Shown here one piece after another: positions 10,101 through 20,234 of a stretch of DNA of 64,000 nt. This DNA is from Gemmatimonadales bacterium (GTDB lineage Bacteria > Gemmatimonadota > Gemmatimonadetes > Gemmatimonadales > GWC2-71-9). The position numbers were made by a program, and so were the translations under genes. Position 1 is the stretch's first letter. Each line of letters begins with the position of its first letter. The notes beneath the pieces were generated by a model, which worked only from the letters and a program-made list of their open reading frames with translations, was not told where the DNA came from and did no database searches. Where the stretch lies: NCBI GenBank assembly GCA_037189525.1, contig JBBCJC010000002.1, positions 256,001 through 320,000 of the forward strand. The letters run 5' to 3'.

Positions 10101-10654
10101 CTCCGATTCGTCTTCACAGTCGTGTCGCTGGCCTCCTCGGTTTGGGCGTAGTTCTCGTGCTCGGCACCCGCGGAGTGTCCCACGCCGAGCGGACCTTGCA
10201 GACGCGCCGAGAGGTTGCCGAACTGCGAATTGCTCGCCAGCACCTTGCACTTCGTACGCTGAGCGAGATCGAAGCAGGTCGGGGTCGGACGGATTCACTC
10301 GTCCAGGCGTTTCAGGAGGCTGTCATACCAGCTGCAGAGTGGGAGTCTGGCGCTGCAGAGCTGGGAACTCTCGTACGGGAAGCATTGATGCGATTCGGTG
10401 CTGTGATCGAGTCTATATCTCCGGTGCCTCGGGACACGACATTAGGGTCTGTTGTGAAGCCTGTATCAATCCGTGTGGTATTTCAATCGGAATTGCAGGG
10501 CGTGGTCGACCTGTTCGCTTATGTCAACCGCGCTCGGACAATACTCGTTCCTCGATCGATTCAGATTGTGTCGACCGACGCATTTGCAGAATCGAGTGTA
10601 CCCGAGGTGCTCAAGGTTGAGCTTGTTATCACCGGATGGTACATCAACCGATGA
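10097..10654 (+). CDS. GspM/PilO-like protein
   Basis: N-terminal TM, coiled coil, ferredoxin-like C-terminus ending ITGW; operon position. Confidence 0.65.
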   Translation: MTPIRLHSRVAGLLGLGVVLVLGTRGVSHAERTLQTRREVAELRIARQHLALRTLSEIEAGRGRTDSLVQAFQEAVIPAAEWESGAAELGTLVREALMRFGAVIESISPVPRDTTLGSVVKPVSIRVVFQSELQGVVDLFAYVNRARTILVPRSIQIVSTDAFAESSVPEVLKVELVITGWYINR

Positions 10655-11145
10655 GAACGCTGATGATACTCTCCTACGTTGTGAGAGGATGTTTGATCCT
10701 TGGCTGCATCGTATCGATTGTCAAGGTTGCGACGCTAGGCCGGGATGTGCGGACCGCATCCGCGACGGCCCACAATGCAGATGCCATGTCTGACAGCCCT
10801 ACCCCAGGCGCGGACAGTCTTTCGCTGGTCATCGTGAGTCAGCGAGCACCATTTCGCGTCAACCGGTTCGTACCAGCCACTGTGCCGCCGGTCGGTACCC
10901 CAAGCCAAGCTAGCCAGACTGATGATGTGGCTGCAGCACGTATAACCGGCTTTGTGATGGGCCCCCGGGTCATGGCAGTCATCGAGGGCATTCCTGGCAT
11001 TTCCCCATCTGTGGCCGTCCGCGCGGGCGACAAGGTCGGTAACTGGTTAGTTCGCGGCATCTCGAAGAGCGGGGTCGTGCTCGAACGATCCGGACGGGTC
11101 GTTCGACTGACGCTGCCCGAGCTTACACGGGGGAAAGGCCAATGA
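10651..11145 (+). CDS. GspC/PilP-like protein
   Basis: N-terminal TM, PF motif, low-complexity linker, ITG...AVIEG...GDKVG HR-like domain; directly precedes the secretin. Confidence 0.6.
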   Translation: MRTLMILSYVVRGCLILGCIVSIVKVATLGRDVRTASATAHNADAMSDSPTPGADSLSLVIVSQRAPFRVNRFVPATVPPVGTPSQASQTDDVAAARITGFVMGPRVMAVIEGIPGISPSVAVRAGDKVGNWLVRGISKSGVVLERSGRVVRLTLPELTRGKGQ

Positions 11146-12590
11146 GATCTGTGCTGCATGTCTGGGTAGCGCTGGCGTGTTTGCATCCGGGTCTCGGTTA
11201 TGGCCAGGACAGCACTAGTGTCCGGATCTCCGGCGACAGCATCGTCGTTCGAATGATCGACACCGACCTGCGAGCGGCGGTTCAAGCGATGGGGGCACTT
11301 CTCGATAAACCGCTCATCGTCGGCATGTTGGAGCCGTCCACTCGAATCAGCTTTGAAACGCCGCATCCGGTTCCGCGATCCCAGCTTCCCGCGCTGCTAC
11401 GAGGGCTCGTCGAGACCAGAGGCCTGCAATGGTCCGAGGACTCGCTATTCTATCGAGTCGTTCAACCCAATCCTGGTGGACAGGCCGATCAGCGCTCGGA
11501 GCCTGTTGCCCGCGGAAGTACCCAGCTCTTTGTGATACGCCTTCGCCATGCCAGAGCGACGGATGTGGCCGCGACAGTCAATCTGCTTTTCGGCGGACTC
11601 GGTGAGTTCAGTGGACAACGGGGGTTGTCGACTGGCACGCTCTCCGAGCAACTGAATCGTGCAGCCGCCCCACCAAACCAGGCCGAAGGCGTCAGACCAG
11701 GCGTGCCACCGCAAGGGCGCGCTGAGCTCGCGGGCTCTGTGACACTGGTACCGGACGAGATCACCAATTCGCTGCTAATCCGGGCAACCGAGTCAGACTT
11801 TCAGGTGATCAGCGAGGCCGTGAAGCAGCTCGATATCCGCCCGCTCCAAGTATTGATCGAGGTATTGATCGTCGAGTTGAGAAAGGACCGGAGCTTTAGC
11901 TTTGGTACGACGGCCGACTGGAGTCGTGACAACGGAGCATCGTCGTATGAGGCCGGGTTTGGTAATGCGATGGCCGGGGACATCGTCGTACGGTTCATGC
12001 GAATGGCACGCAGCGATGTAAGTGCACTCATCGGCGCAGCACAATCCCGCGGCGATGTCGACATCGTCTCCCGACCTGTCGTCCTAGCGTCGAACAACAC
12101 GGAGTCACATTTCATGGTAGGGTCGCAGCGCCCGTTCGTGCAAGTGAGCCGGTCCCTGCCCACCGATGTCCCCAGTCGTGATCAGGTGGTGCAGTACCGC
12201 GACGTCGGTACCAAGCTGACCGTTCGGCCGACCATCAACGATGACGGGTACGTCTCCTTGCTCCTGCAACAGGAGATCAGTGGTGCTACCGATGAAAGCC
12301 AGTTTGGAGCGCCGATACTCTCGACCAGAGAGGCCAGAACCCAGGTCCTGGTCAAGGATGGGCAAACCATCGTGATCGGCGGGCTACGCGATCGGCAGCG
12401 AGACCGGACCAGCTCTGGTATTCCGATTCTTTCATCACTCCCGCTCGTTGGCGGCCTGTTCGGCGGGACACGCCGTCGGTCGATTGAGACGGAACTCTTC
12501 CTATTTCTAACGCCGACCATCATCAGAAGCGACGACGATGTAGACACGATCACCACACCACGAATTCCTGAACTGATCAAGAAGCAGTGA
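11142..12590 (+). CDS. gspD: Secretin GspD (short form)
   Basis: Signal peptide, LRHARATDVA, LDIRPLQVLIEVLIVE, YRDVGTKLTVRPTIN, VKDGQTIVIGGL, GIPILSSLPLVGGLF, TELFLFLTPTII. Confidence 0.95.
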   Translation: MRSVLHVWVALACLHPGLGYGQDSTSVRISGDSIVVRMIDTDLRAAVQAMGALLDKPLIVGMLEPSTRISFETPHPVPRSQLPALLRGLVETRGLQWSEDSLFYRVVQPNPGGQADQRSEPVARGSTQLFVIRLRHARATDVAATVNLLFGGLGEFSGQRGLSTGTLSEQLNRAAAPPNQAEGVRPGVPPQGRAELAGSVTLVPDEITNSLLIRATESDFQVISEAVKQLDIRPLQVLIEVLIVELRKDRSFSFGTTADWSRDNGASSYEAGFGNAMAGDIVVRFMRMARSDVSALIGAAQSRGDVDIVSRPVVLASNNTESHFMVGSQRPFVQVSRSLPTDVPSRDQVVQYRDVGTKLTVRPTINDDGYVSLLLQQEISGATDESQFGAPILSTREARTQVLVKDGQTIVIGGLRDRQRDRTSSGIPILSSLPLVGGLFGGTRRRSIETELFLFLTPTIIRSDDDVDTITTPRIPELIKKQ

Positions 12591-12614
12591 ACGCCACGTC
12601 TGGAACGGATCATC

Positions 12615-13670
12615 ATGACAATGTTTCACGTTCCCGGGCCGCGACCTGCTGCCCGTGATGCAGAGATCTCGCGCGACCTTATCGCCGAAACAGCCGAAAC
12701 ATCCATACTAGGAACCTCACCCGAGATACGGTATGCTGTCGCAACTGCGAGGCGCCTTGCCAAAGGCGACTTACCAATCCTACTCATCGGCGCGACAGGA
12801 ACCGGGAAAGAACTGTTCGCAAGGGAAATCCATCGATGGAGTGGACGGTCGGGCGCTCTCGTCGATGTGAATTGTGCGGCCATTCCCCGCGAACTCGTCG
12901 AAGGCACCTTGTATGGTCATCGGAAGGGGGCGTTCAGCGGTGCCATTGAAAGTGTCTCAGGTCTGATCGAGGACGCGAACGACGGCACATTATTTCTCGA
13001 TGAGCTTTGCAGTATGCCCTATGAGTCGCAGGGCAAGCTCCTTCGAGTCCTAGACAGCAAGGATTTCCGCCGAGTCGGCGAGACGAATAAGCGGAAAAGC
13101 CGCTTTCGCGTCGTGGCGGCAGTCCAGGAGAATGTGGGTGACAAGGTCGCCGATGGCTCGGTCCGGTATGACCTGATCCAGCGAGTGGCTGGCGCGGTGC
13201 TTACGCTACCACCTCTCGACCAGCGTCGAGGCGATGTCGTACTATTGGCCCGCTATTTCGCCGCCCGGGCCGGTGTCGAACTCGCACAGAGTGCCGAACC
13301 AGTCCTGCTCGGCTACCCGTGGCCTGGGAACGTGCGTGAACTACGGAGCGCCATCGAGCGCGCTGTCTTTCTCATCGATGAGAGCGTGCTCGATGGTCGG
13401 GCTATGGCCGAATCGCTTGGGCTTGGAACGGCAATACTCCACATGCCGAACGGCGGAGCACCCCGGCAAACGGCGATACCTGTTACAGTGCGGGATCGCC
13501 TCCTCGACGTATGCGCGGCCAACGATTGGAATGCGGAGCGCGCGGCGGTAGCGCTGGGCCTTGGCCGGACCACTTTCTTCAAGCAGCTGCAACTGCACGG
13601 GATCTCACTCAGGAAGGAACGGTCATCCATCGAGCATAGGGCCTTGAGCGATCATGAGCCCAAACGATGA
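12615..13670 (+). CDS. Second sigma-54-dependent activator (AAA+ plus HTH), no sensor domain
   Basis: GATGTGKE, VNCAAIP, GAFSGA, LFLDE, WPGNVREL and a C-terminal HTH. Confidence 0.92.
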   Translation: MTMFHVPGPRPAARDAEISRDLIAETAETSILGTSPEIRYAVATARRLAKGDLPILLIGATGTGKELFAREIHRWSGRSGALVDVNCAAIPRELVEGTLYGHRKGAFSGAIESVSGLIEDANDGTLFLDELCSMPYESQGKLLRVLDSKDFRRVGETNKRKSRFRVVAAVQENVGDKVADGSVRYDLIQRVAGAVLTLPPLDQRRGDVVLLARYFAARAGVELAQSAEPVLLGYPWPGNVRELRSAIERAVFLIDESVLDGRAMAESLGLGTAILHMPNGGAPRQTAIPVTVRDRLLDVCAANDWNAERAAVALGLGRTTFFKQLQLHGISLRKERSSIEHRALSDHEPKR

Positions 13671-13854
13671 GGACAAGATCAACCAGAAGGTTTCACGCAG
13701 TGAGGCGTACTTCACGCCTTATGCGGCCATTTTGCCCCGTACGAGTTTTCGAGGGAGCGTGGCCGGGCACCTTCGGGCTCGCAGCGTCCCGACCGAGACC
13801 ACGCCGCGGCGAGACATCGAATAGCCACCTGGCAATGGAGTACTGTTACCCAAT

Positions 13855-14499
13855 CTAGGGGCCAGGATCATCGCCGAGGTCATTGAGCGTCTCGTACTGC
13901 AAGATCTCCACCCGAACATCGGCGAATGAGCGAGTAACCCCCACAGCATTGACCGTAGTCAGTGTTCCCCAGCTGGGAAACTGTAGACCGGTGTACACTT
14001 CGAAGTACTCCCGGACACATTTGACAGGTAGTCGCTTCGACGGTTGCCCCACAGAGTGGGCCGGGCACTCAAATGCAAGACGCTCCCCTTCCGCAAGGTA
14101 GTGCCACTTATCCCCGTCATCCAAACTTAGAACGCTTCGAAGCTTCTGACCCTTCTCGTAGATGTGGAATTGCCGTCGCAGCTCACGCGCTGTTACGGCG
14201 ATTCCGCGGCAACCCTCGGCCCGACTTATGGCAAGCGTATTCACATTACAGTTCTCGTCCTTCATATCGGTCAGAATTAGGGACCAGGCGCCGAAGTCAA
14301 CAACGGCATAGGTCGTCGGAAACGACTTGACCGGACTGAGGTGTGCGGCAAGAGCGGTGAGGCCGCAGAGCGGTGCTTCATGTACCGGGCCAAAGCGTCG
14401 GAGTGACTCGGCCAGAGCCTTCGTTGCCATGTCAGCGGGTAGATCCACCGACGCAAATCCAGCAAACTGCTGAGTAAGTCGAACACGCTCGCTCACCAA
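13855..14499 (-). CDS. Hypothetical protein, probable orphan immunity protein
   Basis: Intact 214-aa ORF directly downstream of a decayed Rhs toxin tip; function inferred from position only. Confidence 0.55.
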   Translation of the reverse strand: MVSERVRLTQQFAGFASVDLPADMATKALAESLRRFGPVHEAPLCGLTALAAHLSPVKSFPTTYAVVDFGAWSLILTDMKDENCNVNTLAISRAEGCRGIAVTARELRRQFHIYEKGQKLRSVLSLDDGDKWHYLAEGERLAFECPAHSVGQPSKRLPVKCVREYFEVYTGLQFPSWGTLTTVNAVGVTRSFADVRVEILQYETLNDLGDDPGP

Positions 14500-15125
14500 G
14501 TCGCTCCCGCATGAAGTCGAGGCTAATTAGGATAGGACGCCCGGCACGTTTCATGGCCACAGGATAATGAAAGCGTTTCGCGCGTTGGGTTCGCTTCGGT
14601 TCACGATGGCGCGATGACGAGCACTCGCCGCAGCACTGTTGCTGTTCCGACTGAGTGGTCCCTGTACGCCGTACGTCGTTTAGAGAGCCGCCGCACATCC
14701 GACTGGCGAGGTCAACAATGTTGTTGATGAAGGCACCAAACTGCTTGGTAGTCCGAACCCCGAGAGACCCCAAAATCCCCTCGCTCCAAGACATGTTGAC
14801 GAATGGGTGCCCAACCGCGATACGTCCGAGCTTACGTGATCCGACGATCGTTCCAATGTGGTCGCGGCCAAGCCGATGCGGCTGATCTCTCGCCGGTCAG
14901 CAGGTCGTGGCCTAGCAACGCACCCACGATGTCTATAGGGTCCCCAGCAACCGGAATGAATCCAAAGCCGATCGCAGACGCATCGAACACGGTCGCCCAC
15001 TGATGACCTCGGGACACATCCCAAAACGGGGCAGAGAAGTTGGCGGGGTTCCGTTGACGAAGGCGTAGAGGTTGAGCCCGCCGGCGGCGAGGCCGATTGG
15101 GCATTTCTGCGTGAACCACCTGAGG
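14500..15125 (-). pseudogene. Degraded orphan Rhs C-terminal toxin cassette (core end, PT-TG-like segment, toxin)
   Basis: Frameshifted RWFTQKCPIGLAAGGLNLYAF / NPANFSAPF compared with RFTQEDPIGLAGGLNLYGFAAGDPVNFSDPFG in the intact Rhs; followed by GFIPVAGDPIDIVGALLGHDLLTGE. Confidence 0.8.
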
Positions 15126-15192
15126 CTAGACCGCCCGACCGATCTTATTACGAGAGAGTCCAAGCCTATGGGCCAGGACTCTCTCGCACCCT

Positions 15193-15543
15193 TCACCATA
15201 CGGCAAGCGGCTTATTCTCACCGGAAAGGAAGTGCGCCCACTCCCCACCACGCTGGTCATTCGGCCCCAAGGGAATGACCAACCGATCCCCGGAACTGAA
15301 GTCGACCTCAATAGCTGCTGCACCAGCCACGGCGCGTGCTACGCGACTTCCGATCAGTTCGCAGAGCGCGTCGCGGGACCCCCCTGCCGGGAACCTGATT
15401 TCGCGAGCGCCTCGTCGAATGAGCGGGTGTGCGATACACCGGAGGATCCGCCCGTGAAAATGGATCTCTACGTAGTCCATCACGAAGCTCACAGCGCTTA
15501 CCTCTTCCCCCAGCAGCTCGTCCAGCGGGTTCTTCTCAGTCAT
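15193..15543 (-). CDS. Probable cognate immunity protein of the Rhs toxin
   Basis: 116-aa ORF starting 28 bp after the Rhs stop, with a GGGAGGGG RBS; function inferred from position. Confidence 0.65.
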   Translation of the reverse strand: MTEKNPLDELLGEEVSAVSFVMDYVEIHFHGRILRCIAHPLIRRGAREIRFPAGGSRDALCELIGSRVARAVAGAAAIEVDFSSGDRLVIPLGPNDQRGGEWAHFLSGENKPLAVW

Positions 15544-15571
15544 TCCCCCCTCCCAGCAATTGCCCGTTTCG

Positions 15572-18500
15572 TCATGGAAGGTAGATGTGAGCTGTGGGGT
15601 CGTCTGGCCGAAGTGTCCGCCCAGTCGTGGGACTGACAGTCTGACCGCTCTTATTCATGTAGATCACACGACGCCGATGATGAGCCGTCTCATCCATGAC
15701 CCTCACTCCTGTAACGCGAGCATCCATGCCCTTTCCTCCCTGCCCACCTAAGAACTGGACTCCCGGCGCCCGAGTAGCATGAGGACCTGTCGCGCCAGTG
15801 GGAACGGGAATTGAGGTCCCTTTTGACGTGACGAGGAAGTCTACTGCCCGTTCACCTCCGCGAGCCACATCTGCAACGTCATCAGCCGCTCCGAGGGCTC
15901 TGCGTAGGACGCCCACTGATGGTACGCCGGGTAGGGCACCTGCAACGTCTAGCGCCGCATCAATTGCCGTACCGACCGACGGGGCCGCGATGAACTTCGC
16001 GACACTGACCACCGCCATCCCGACATCAAGGCAGTTCGAAGGCGGGATGGGACAGAGCCCGAAGGGGTCGCTGAAGTTAACTGGATCGCCAGCAGCGAAG
16101 CCGTAGAGATTCAGCCCACCGGCCAGCCCGATCGGATCTTCCTGGGTAAACCGCCCCGTCCGCGCATCATAGTACCGATTCCGCCGGTAGTCCAATCCCC
16201 CCGCCCCGTCGCGCTTGCCCTCGAGCAGCGACCCGTGCCATGCGTACCGGGTTTGATTCCCATGCTGCTGGTCGTACGCCGTGCGAGACCCAAACCACGA
16301 AATGATATAGCACCGATTCGCCCCCGTCCCCAGCGCGACACAGGGGAGCGCCCCGTTATACGCTGTATCTACGACACCACTCCCGAACGCTCCCAGCGGC
16401 GCCGTCCCCTGAGCATTCCAGAACGGCACGATCGTCTTGGTGCCCGTCCATGTCACCGGGGTAGCGACCGGCGTGTCCGTGTAATTAAAACGGATGACAC
16501 TGAGCGGCGCATCGATGATCGGGCCCGGCGTGTACAACACCTGCCCATAGAATCGATTGGGATCCGGCACTCCCGGCGTATTGCTATGCGTCACGCTGTA
16601 AGGCCCCGAGTCCTGTTCCCACTGCGCACTGGCAGCAGCCGTCCCCGGCGCCTGGATCTCTGCCAACTCCTGCGTCCCATCCCACACGGTCCGCCGGATA
16701 AAATCCGAGTAGCATTCCGGCTGAACCGAGTTCACACACGGACTCTGCATCCAAGTCCAGACGCGGCGCCCTAAGGCATCATACCGATACTCCTCGTTGT
16801 AATGCTCGACCCACGGCGTGAAGCTCGCCGGCGTCACCCAGGTATCGAGCGCCACCAACCGGTTGTCGAGCCCATAGATCGACACCCGCTCGCGGTCAGT
16901 CCCGGAAAAGTAGGACGTTTCGCGATCGTAGTCAGTGTTCCCTGCGGCATCGTACGTGTACACTGAGGCACCCGATTGCGTCCCGGACTTCGTAATGCCC
17001 GTTAACCGCCCTGTGCTGGCCTGGTACGCATAGGCTTTGTTCGCAGTGAAGTAGACGACTGAGGCGCCCGCCTTCGTCGAGTCGAAGCGACTGCTGGTGT
17101 AGAGGTTCCCCATTGGGTCGTGCGCGAGCGTCTCAGCCGACCCGAACTCGGTCGTGCTTCCGAACGGATTGCGCCACGTACTCCGCGTCCCGAGCGTCGC
17201 CACAGCCCCCAGGCCGCCGTACGTCGCCTGCGTTCGGTTGTTATAAAACGCCCCATCGCCCGAGCGCAGCAGTTTGCTCCTGGCGTCGTACCGCATCGTG
17301 TCGATGTTGCGAATCGGGTTGTGCGGCCAGCGACCCCCCGTCGTCCCGCCATCATTGTTGATACGATCCCGAACCAGCCGGCCATCGGCATCCCAGCTCA
17401 TGCGGCGCGTGTAGGACCCGGGGTAGACGATCGTACTGTCTTCGCCGCGGACGGTCTGCTGGAAGGAAAAGACTGCGCCGGAGGCATCCCGGACCTGGAC
17501 GAGATCGCCCGTAACCGCGTGGTAGGCGTACTTGATCGAATCCCCCGCCGCCGTCGCGAAGATCGACGGGGCACGCACGCGGCGCCGCCGCCCATTCCGG
17601 TCGTAGCTGTACTGAATCGTGTAGCTATGCCCGCTGAAGGTCGTGTCCACCCGGGCAATTTGTTGGGTCTCGGTCTCGAGCAGGCCGTGCGGATAGTACG
17701 TCCGCGTCACGCGGGCATACCGATTGTTGGCTGTGGCGAGCTGGCCATCTGGCGCATAGCTATAGGTCTGACTATCCCGCGGGACCACGTACGGATACGG
17801 GAAGCCGGCGGAAGCCCCTCCATGTTTCGCCAGATAGAGCCAGGTCGGCTGCGCGCGGCTCACGGAGGGGATGACGCGGATGACGACCCGGTTGAGCGCA
17901 TCGTATGTCGAGGTGATCACCGGTCCGGAGGGGAACCGGCGTCCGACCTGGACGGTGGGGTTCCCCGCGTGATCGACGACGACACTGTCGATGCCGCCAT
18001 CGGGCGCCTGCTCCGCAATCTGCCGCCCGGCCTGGTCGTAGCGCCACTGCGTAGTGAGCGTATTGATCCCGTTCGGATTTGGCCTCATCCACCGCATGGT
18101 CGACAAACGCTGACTATTGTTGTTGTAGGTATGCCGGACAAAGGTCGACTCCTGCGGTGCGCCCCCGCCGAACGCGGTCACGAGACTCGTGTCGTCCGTG
18201 ATCCGGTCGAGCAGGTCATAGGTCAATCGCTGCTCGACTTTCTGGTTCTGCGCGGTGTCGATCGGTGAGATGGTTTTGATCAGGCGGCCAATCACGTCGT
18301 TGGTATAGGTCGTGACGTATTGCTTCGGGGTCTTGACCGTCTCGGTGTTTCCCCTCGCATCATAGGTATACGTGTAGGTGGCCGTCTGTCCGTTGACCTT
18401 CGGCAGAACGATCGTCAGCAATCGCTTCGACGTCGCATGGTAGGTGAAGTTGACGCGGCGCGAGGTATCCGACGCGGGCGTCCCGGACTGCTGCCAGAGC

Positions 18501-20185
18501 CGCTTCCCATCAGTCGCGTCGAGCTGGAACACCGTCGTATCTTTCTCGGGCCGAATGATCATCGCCAGCTGATCGAACTTCGTGTTCCAGACGTACCGCG
18601 TCGTATCCCGCACGCCCGGGGTACTGGTGACGGAGTCGATGACGTGCGTCGGGTTCCCGACCCCCAAGTCGTACACGAGGTGCTGCACACGGCCCGTCGG
18701 CGTCTGAATCCGCACCGGTGACCATCCGCAGGTCTGGGGCCACGGCGGCACACACATCTTATGTTGCACGCGCGTCGTATTCCCGTACGCATCGGTCAGC
18801 TTCCGGGCTGGGCCAAAGCGCGACTGCATGATGACCGTCGTATCGCCCACGTCGGTACGGGGTCCGTTGATGAACGTCGTCACGTCGCTGGTATCGACCG
18901 CCGTCGGAGCGCGCCCGCGACTTTCGGAGGCGATCAGACTCACGACGATATCGTTGGTGGGATTGCTCATCTTGATACGAGAGGAGATCAGCCGCTTCCC
19001 AGTGTCATACCCAAAGGTGTCCACGACTGCCATTCGATCGGTGCGCTTCGCCATGAGATTCGAGTCGGCCGCACCAGTCCGATATGCAAAATTGACGGCG
19101 GCCGCCCCGGGGTTGGTGATTGCGGTGACCAAGCCACCAGGATTCGTCACGGTCGTGACCCGCGACGTGCCACCTATCGGCGGGGCAATGACCGACGTGA
19201 GCCGATTCGACGGGTGAAGAAACGTGTACTGCTGCCCAGCCGGTGGGAGCGTAATGATGAGCGAACCGGCGCTGTGCGTGAAGGTCGTGGTATGGCCGAA
19301 CCGATTGACCGTTTCCACATGCTGTCCATTGGCATCGAACTGAATCCGGACGCCTTCCGCGCCGACACGGGTCCATGGCTTCAATGGTGTCCCGGGATTG
19401 TAGATGAGGGTGTCGACGCGAGCGTACGCCGAAGTAGTCCACCGATTGGTCGCGTTGGGCAAGAACTGCCGAGCGCTGCCATCCCCATCGACCCAAACGA
19501 TAACCTGGTGTGCCGGGTTCGGCGCCAGCAGTTGCTCGAGGCCGGCCAGCCACCATCCGGCTCCGAACCGACTGTTCTTCCGGTTGACGATCGGCATAAT
19601 TCCCGTGACCGGAGGCCCGGCGATCGGGACGCCCCCATAGATATTGGCGACCTCGTACTTGTAGTTGTAGAACCCGGTAGTGTCGTTGAAGGCGTTATAG
19701 ACGAACGCCAGTCGCCGTATTGAACCGGGGGTCCACTGATTCCCCGGCCACCGCTGCGTTTGTGCCGGCTGGTCGACCCCATTGATGACGAGCCAGAACC
19801 TGACCTGGACACTGTCGGGAATCGTCGTCGTGATCGATTGCAACACCCGGATCGCGATGATCGGATAGGGATGGGCAAACTCGCTGTTGTATAAGAGCGT
19901 CGGCGTGCGCTGCGTATCAAAGGTCCGCGTGCTGGGCAGCTGATGCACGATCCGGAGGTTCCCGCATTCGGCTGCCGCCGATGGCCCGACCGCGATTGTC
20001 AGACAGGCGCTACGTTCGACCGGATAGCCCGAGTTGTCGATATCCACCCCGGCCGCAGGTGCTTGCTGCGTGGCCATGATACGGTTGATGGTACGCGCGA
20101 GCCACGACGGCGTATCGCGCGAGAGGGTGCTGATCGGCAGGATGGCCACGGCCATCATCGCGGGCAGAAAGGCACGAACACGCAT
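15572..20185 (-). CDS. Rhs/YD-repeat polymorphic toxin with Sec-type signal peptide
   Basis: N-terminus MRVRAFLPAMMAVAILP; many YD repeats; Rhs core GGLDYRRNRYYDARTGRFTQEDPIGLAGGLNLYGF...DPFGL; about 160-aa variable C-terminus. Confidence 0.92.
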   Translation of the reverse strand: MRVRAFLPAMMAVAILPISTLSRDTPSWLARTINRIMATQQAPAAGVDIDNSGYPVERSACLTIAVGPSAAAECGNLRIVHQLPSTRTFDTQRTPTLLYNSEFAHPYPIIAIRVLQSITTTIPDSVQVRFWLVINGVDQPAQTQRWPGNQWTPGSIRRLAFVYNAFNDTTGFYNYKYEVANIYGGVPIAGPPVTGIMPIVNRKNSRFGAGWWLAGLEQLLAPNPAHQVIVWVDGDGSARQFLPNATNRWTTSAYARVDTLIYNPGTPLKPWTRVGAEGVRIQFDANGQHVETVNRFGHTTTFTHSAGSLIITLPPAGQQYTFLHPSNRLTSVIAPPIGGTSRVTTVTNPGGLVTAITNPGAAAVNFAYRTGAADSNLMAKRTDRMAVVDTFGYDTGKRLISSRIKMSNPTNDIVVSLIASESRGRAPTAVDTSDVTTFINGPRTDVGDTTVIMQSRFGPARKLTDAYGNTTRVQHKMCVPPWPQTCGWSPVRIQTPTGRVQHLVYDLGVGNPTHVIDSVTSTPGVRDTTRYVWNTKFDQLAMIIRPEKDTTVFQLDATDGKRLWQQSGTPASDTSRRVNFTYHATSKRLLTIVLPKVNGQTATYTYTYDARGNTETVKTPKQYVTTYTNDVIGRLIKTISPIDTAQNQKVEQRLTYDLLDRITDDTSLVTAFGGGAPQESTFVRHTYNNNSQRLSTMRWMRPNPNGINTLTTQWRYDQAGRQIAEQAPDGGIDSVVVDHAGNPTVQVGRRFPSGPVITSTYDALNRVVIRVIPSVSRAQPTWLYLAKHGGASAGFPYPYVVPRDSQTYSYAPDGQLATANNRYARVTRTYYPHGLLETETQQIARVDTTFSGHSYTIQYSYDRNGRRRRVRAPSIFATAAGDSIKYAYHAVTGDLVQVRDASGAVFSFQQTVRGEDSTIVYPGSYTRRMSWDADGRLVRDRINNDGGTTGGRWPHNPIRNIDTMRYDARSKLLRSGDGAFYNNRTQATYGGLGAVATLGTRSTWRNPFGSTTEFGSAETLAHDPMGNLYTSSRFDSTKAGASVVYFTANKAYAYQASTGRLTGITKSGTQSGASVYTYDAAGNTDYDRETSYFSGTDRERVSIYGLDNRLVALDTWVTPASFTPWVEHYNEEYRYDALGRRVWTWMQSPCVNSVQPECYSDFIRRTVWDGTQELAEIQAPGTAAASAQWEQDSGPYSVTHSNTPGVPDPNRFYGQVLYTPGPIIDAPLSVIRFNYTDTPVATPVTWTGTKTIVPFWNAQGTAPLGAFGSGVVDTAYNGALPCVALGTGANRCYIISWFGSRTAYDQQHGNQTRYAWHGSLLEGKRDGAGGLDYRRNRYYDARTGRFTQEDPIGLAGGLNLYGFAAGDPVNFSDPFGLCPIPPSNCLDVGMAVVSVAKFIAAPSVGTAIDAALDVAGALPGVPSVGVLRRALGAADDVADVARGGERAVDFLVTSKGTSIPVPTGATGPHATRAPGVQFLGGQGGKGMDARVTGVRVMDETAHHRRRVIYMNKSGQTVSPTTGRTLRPDDPTAHIYLP

Positions 20186-20218
20186 GCGCGCTCCAAGAAA
20201 CGGGTCGATCCCGTGCAG

Positions 20219-20234
20219 AGCATGCGCTGCGCCA
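20219..20234 (-). promoter_or_regulatory. Sigma-54 -24/-12 promoter for rhs
   Basis: TGGCGCAGCGCATGCT on the minus strand has GG-N10-GC spacing, about 35 bp before the ATG and its GGAG RBS. Confidence 0.65.

Noticed and set aside
4125..12590. Type IV pilus rather than T2SS
   Set aside because: The major pilin has GspG-specific motifs (WRGPYL, DPWG), a GspK-like gene is present, and there is no PilT or PilM.
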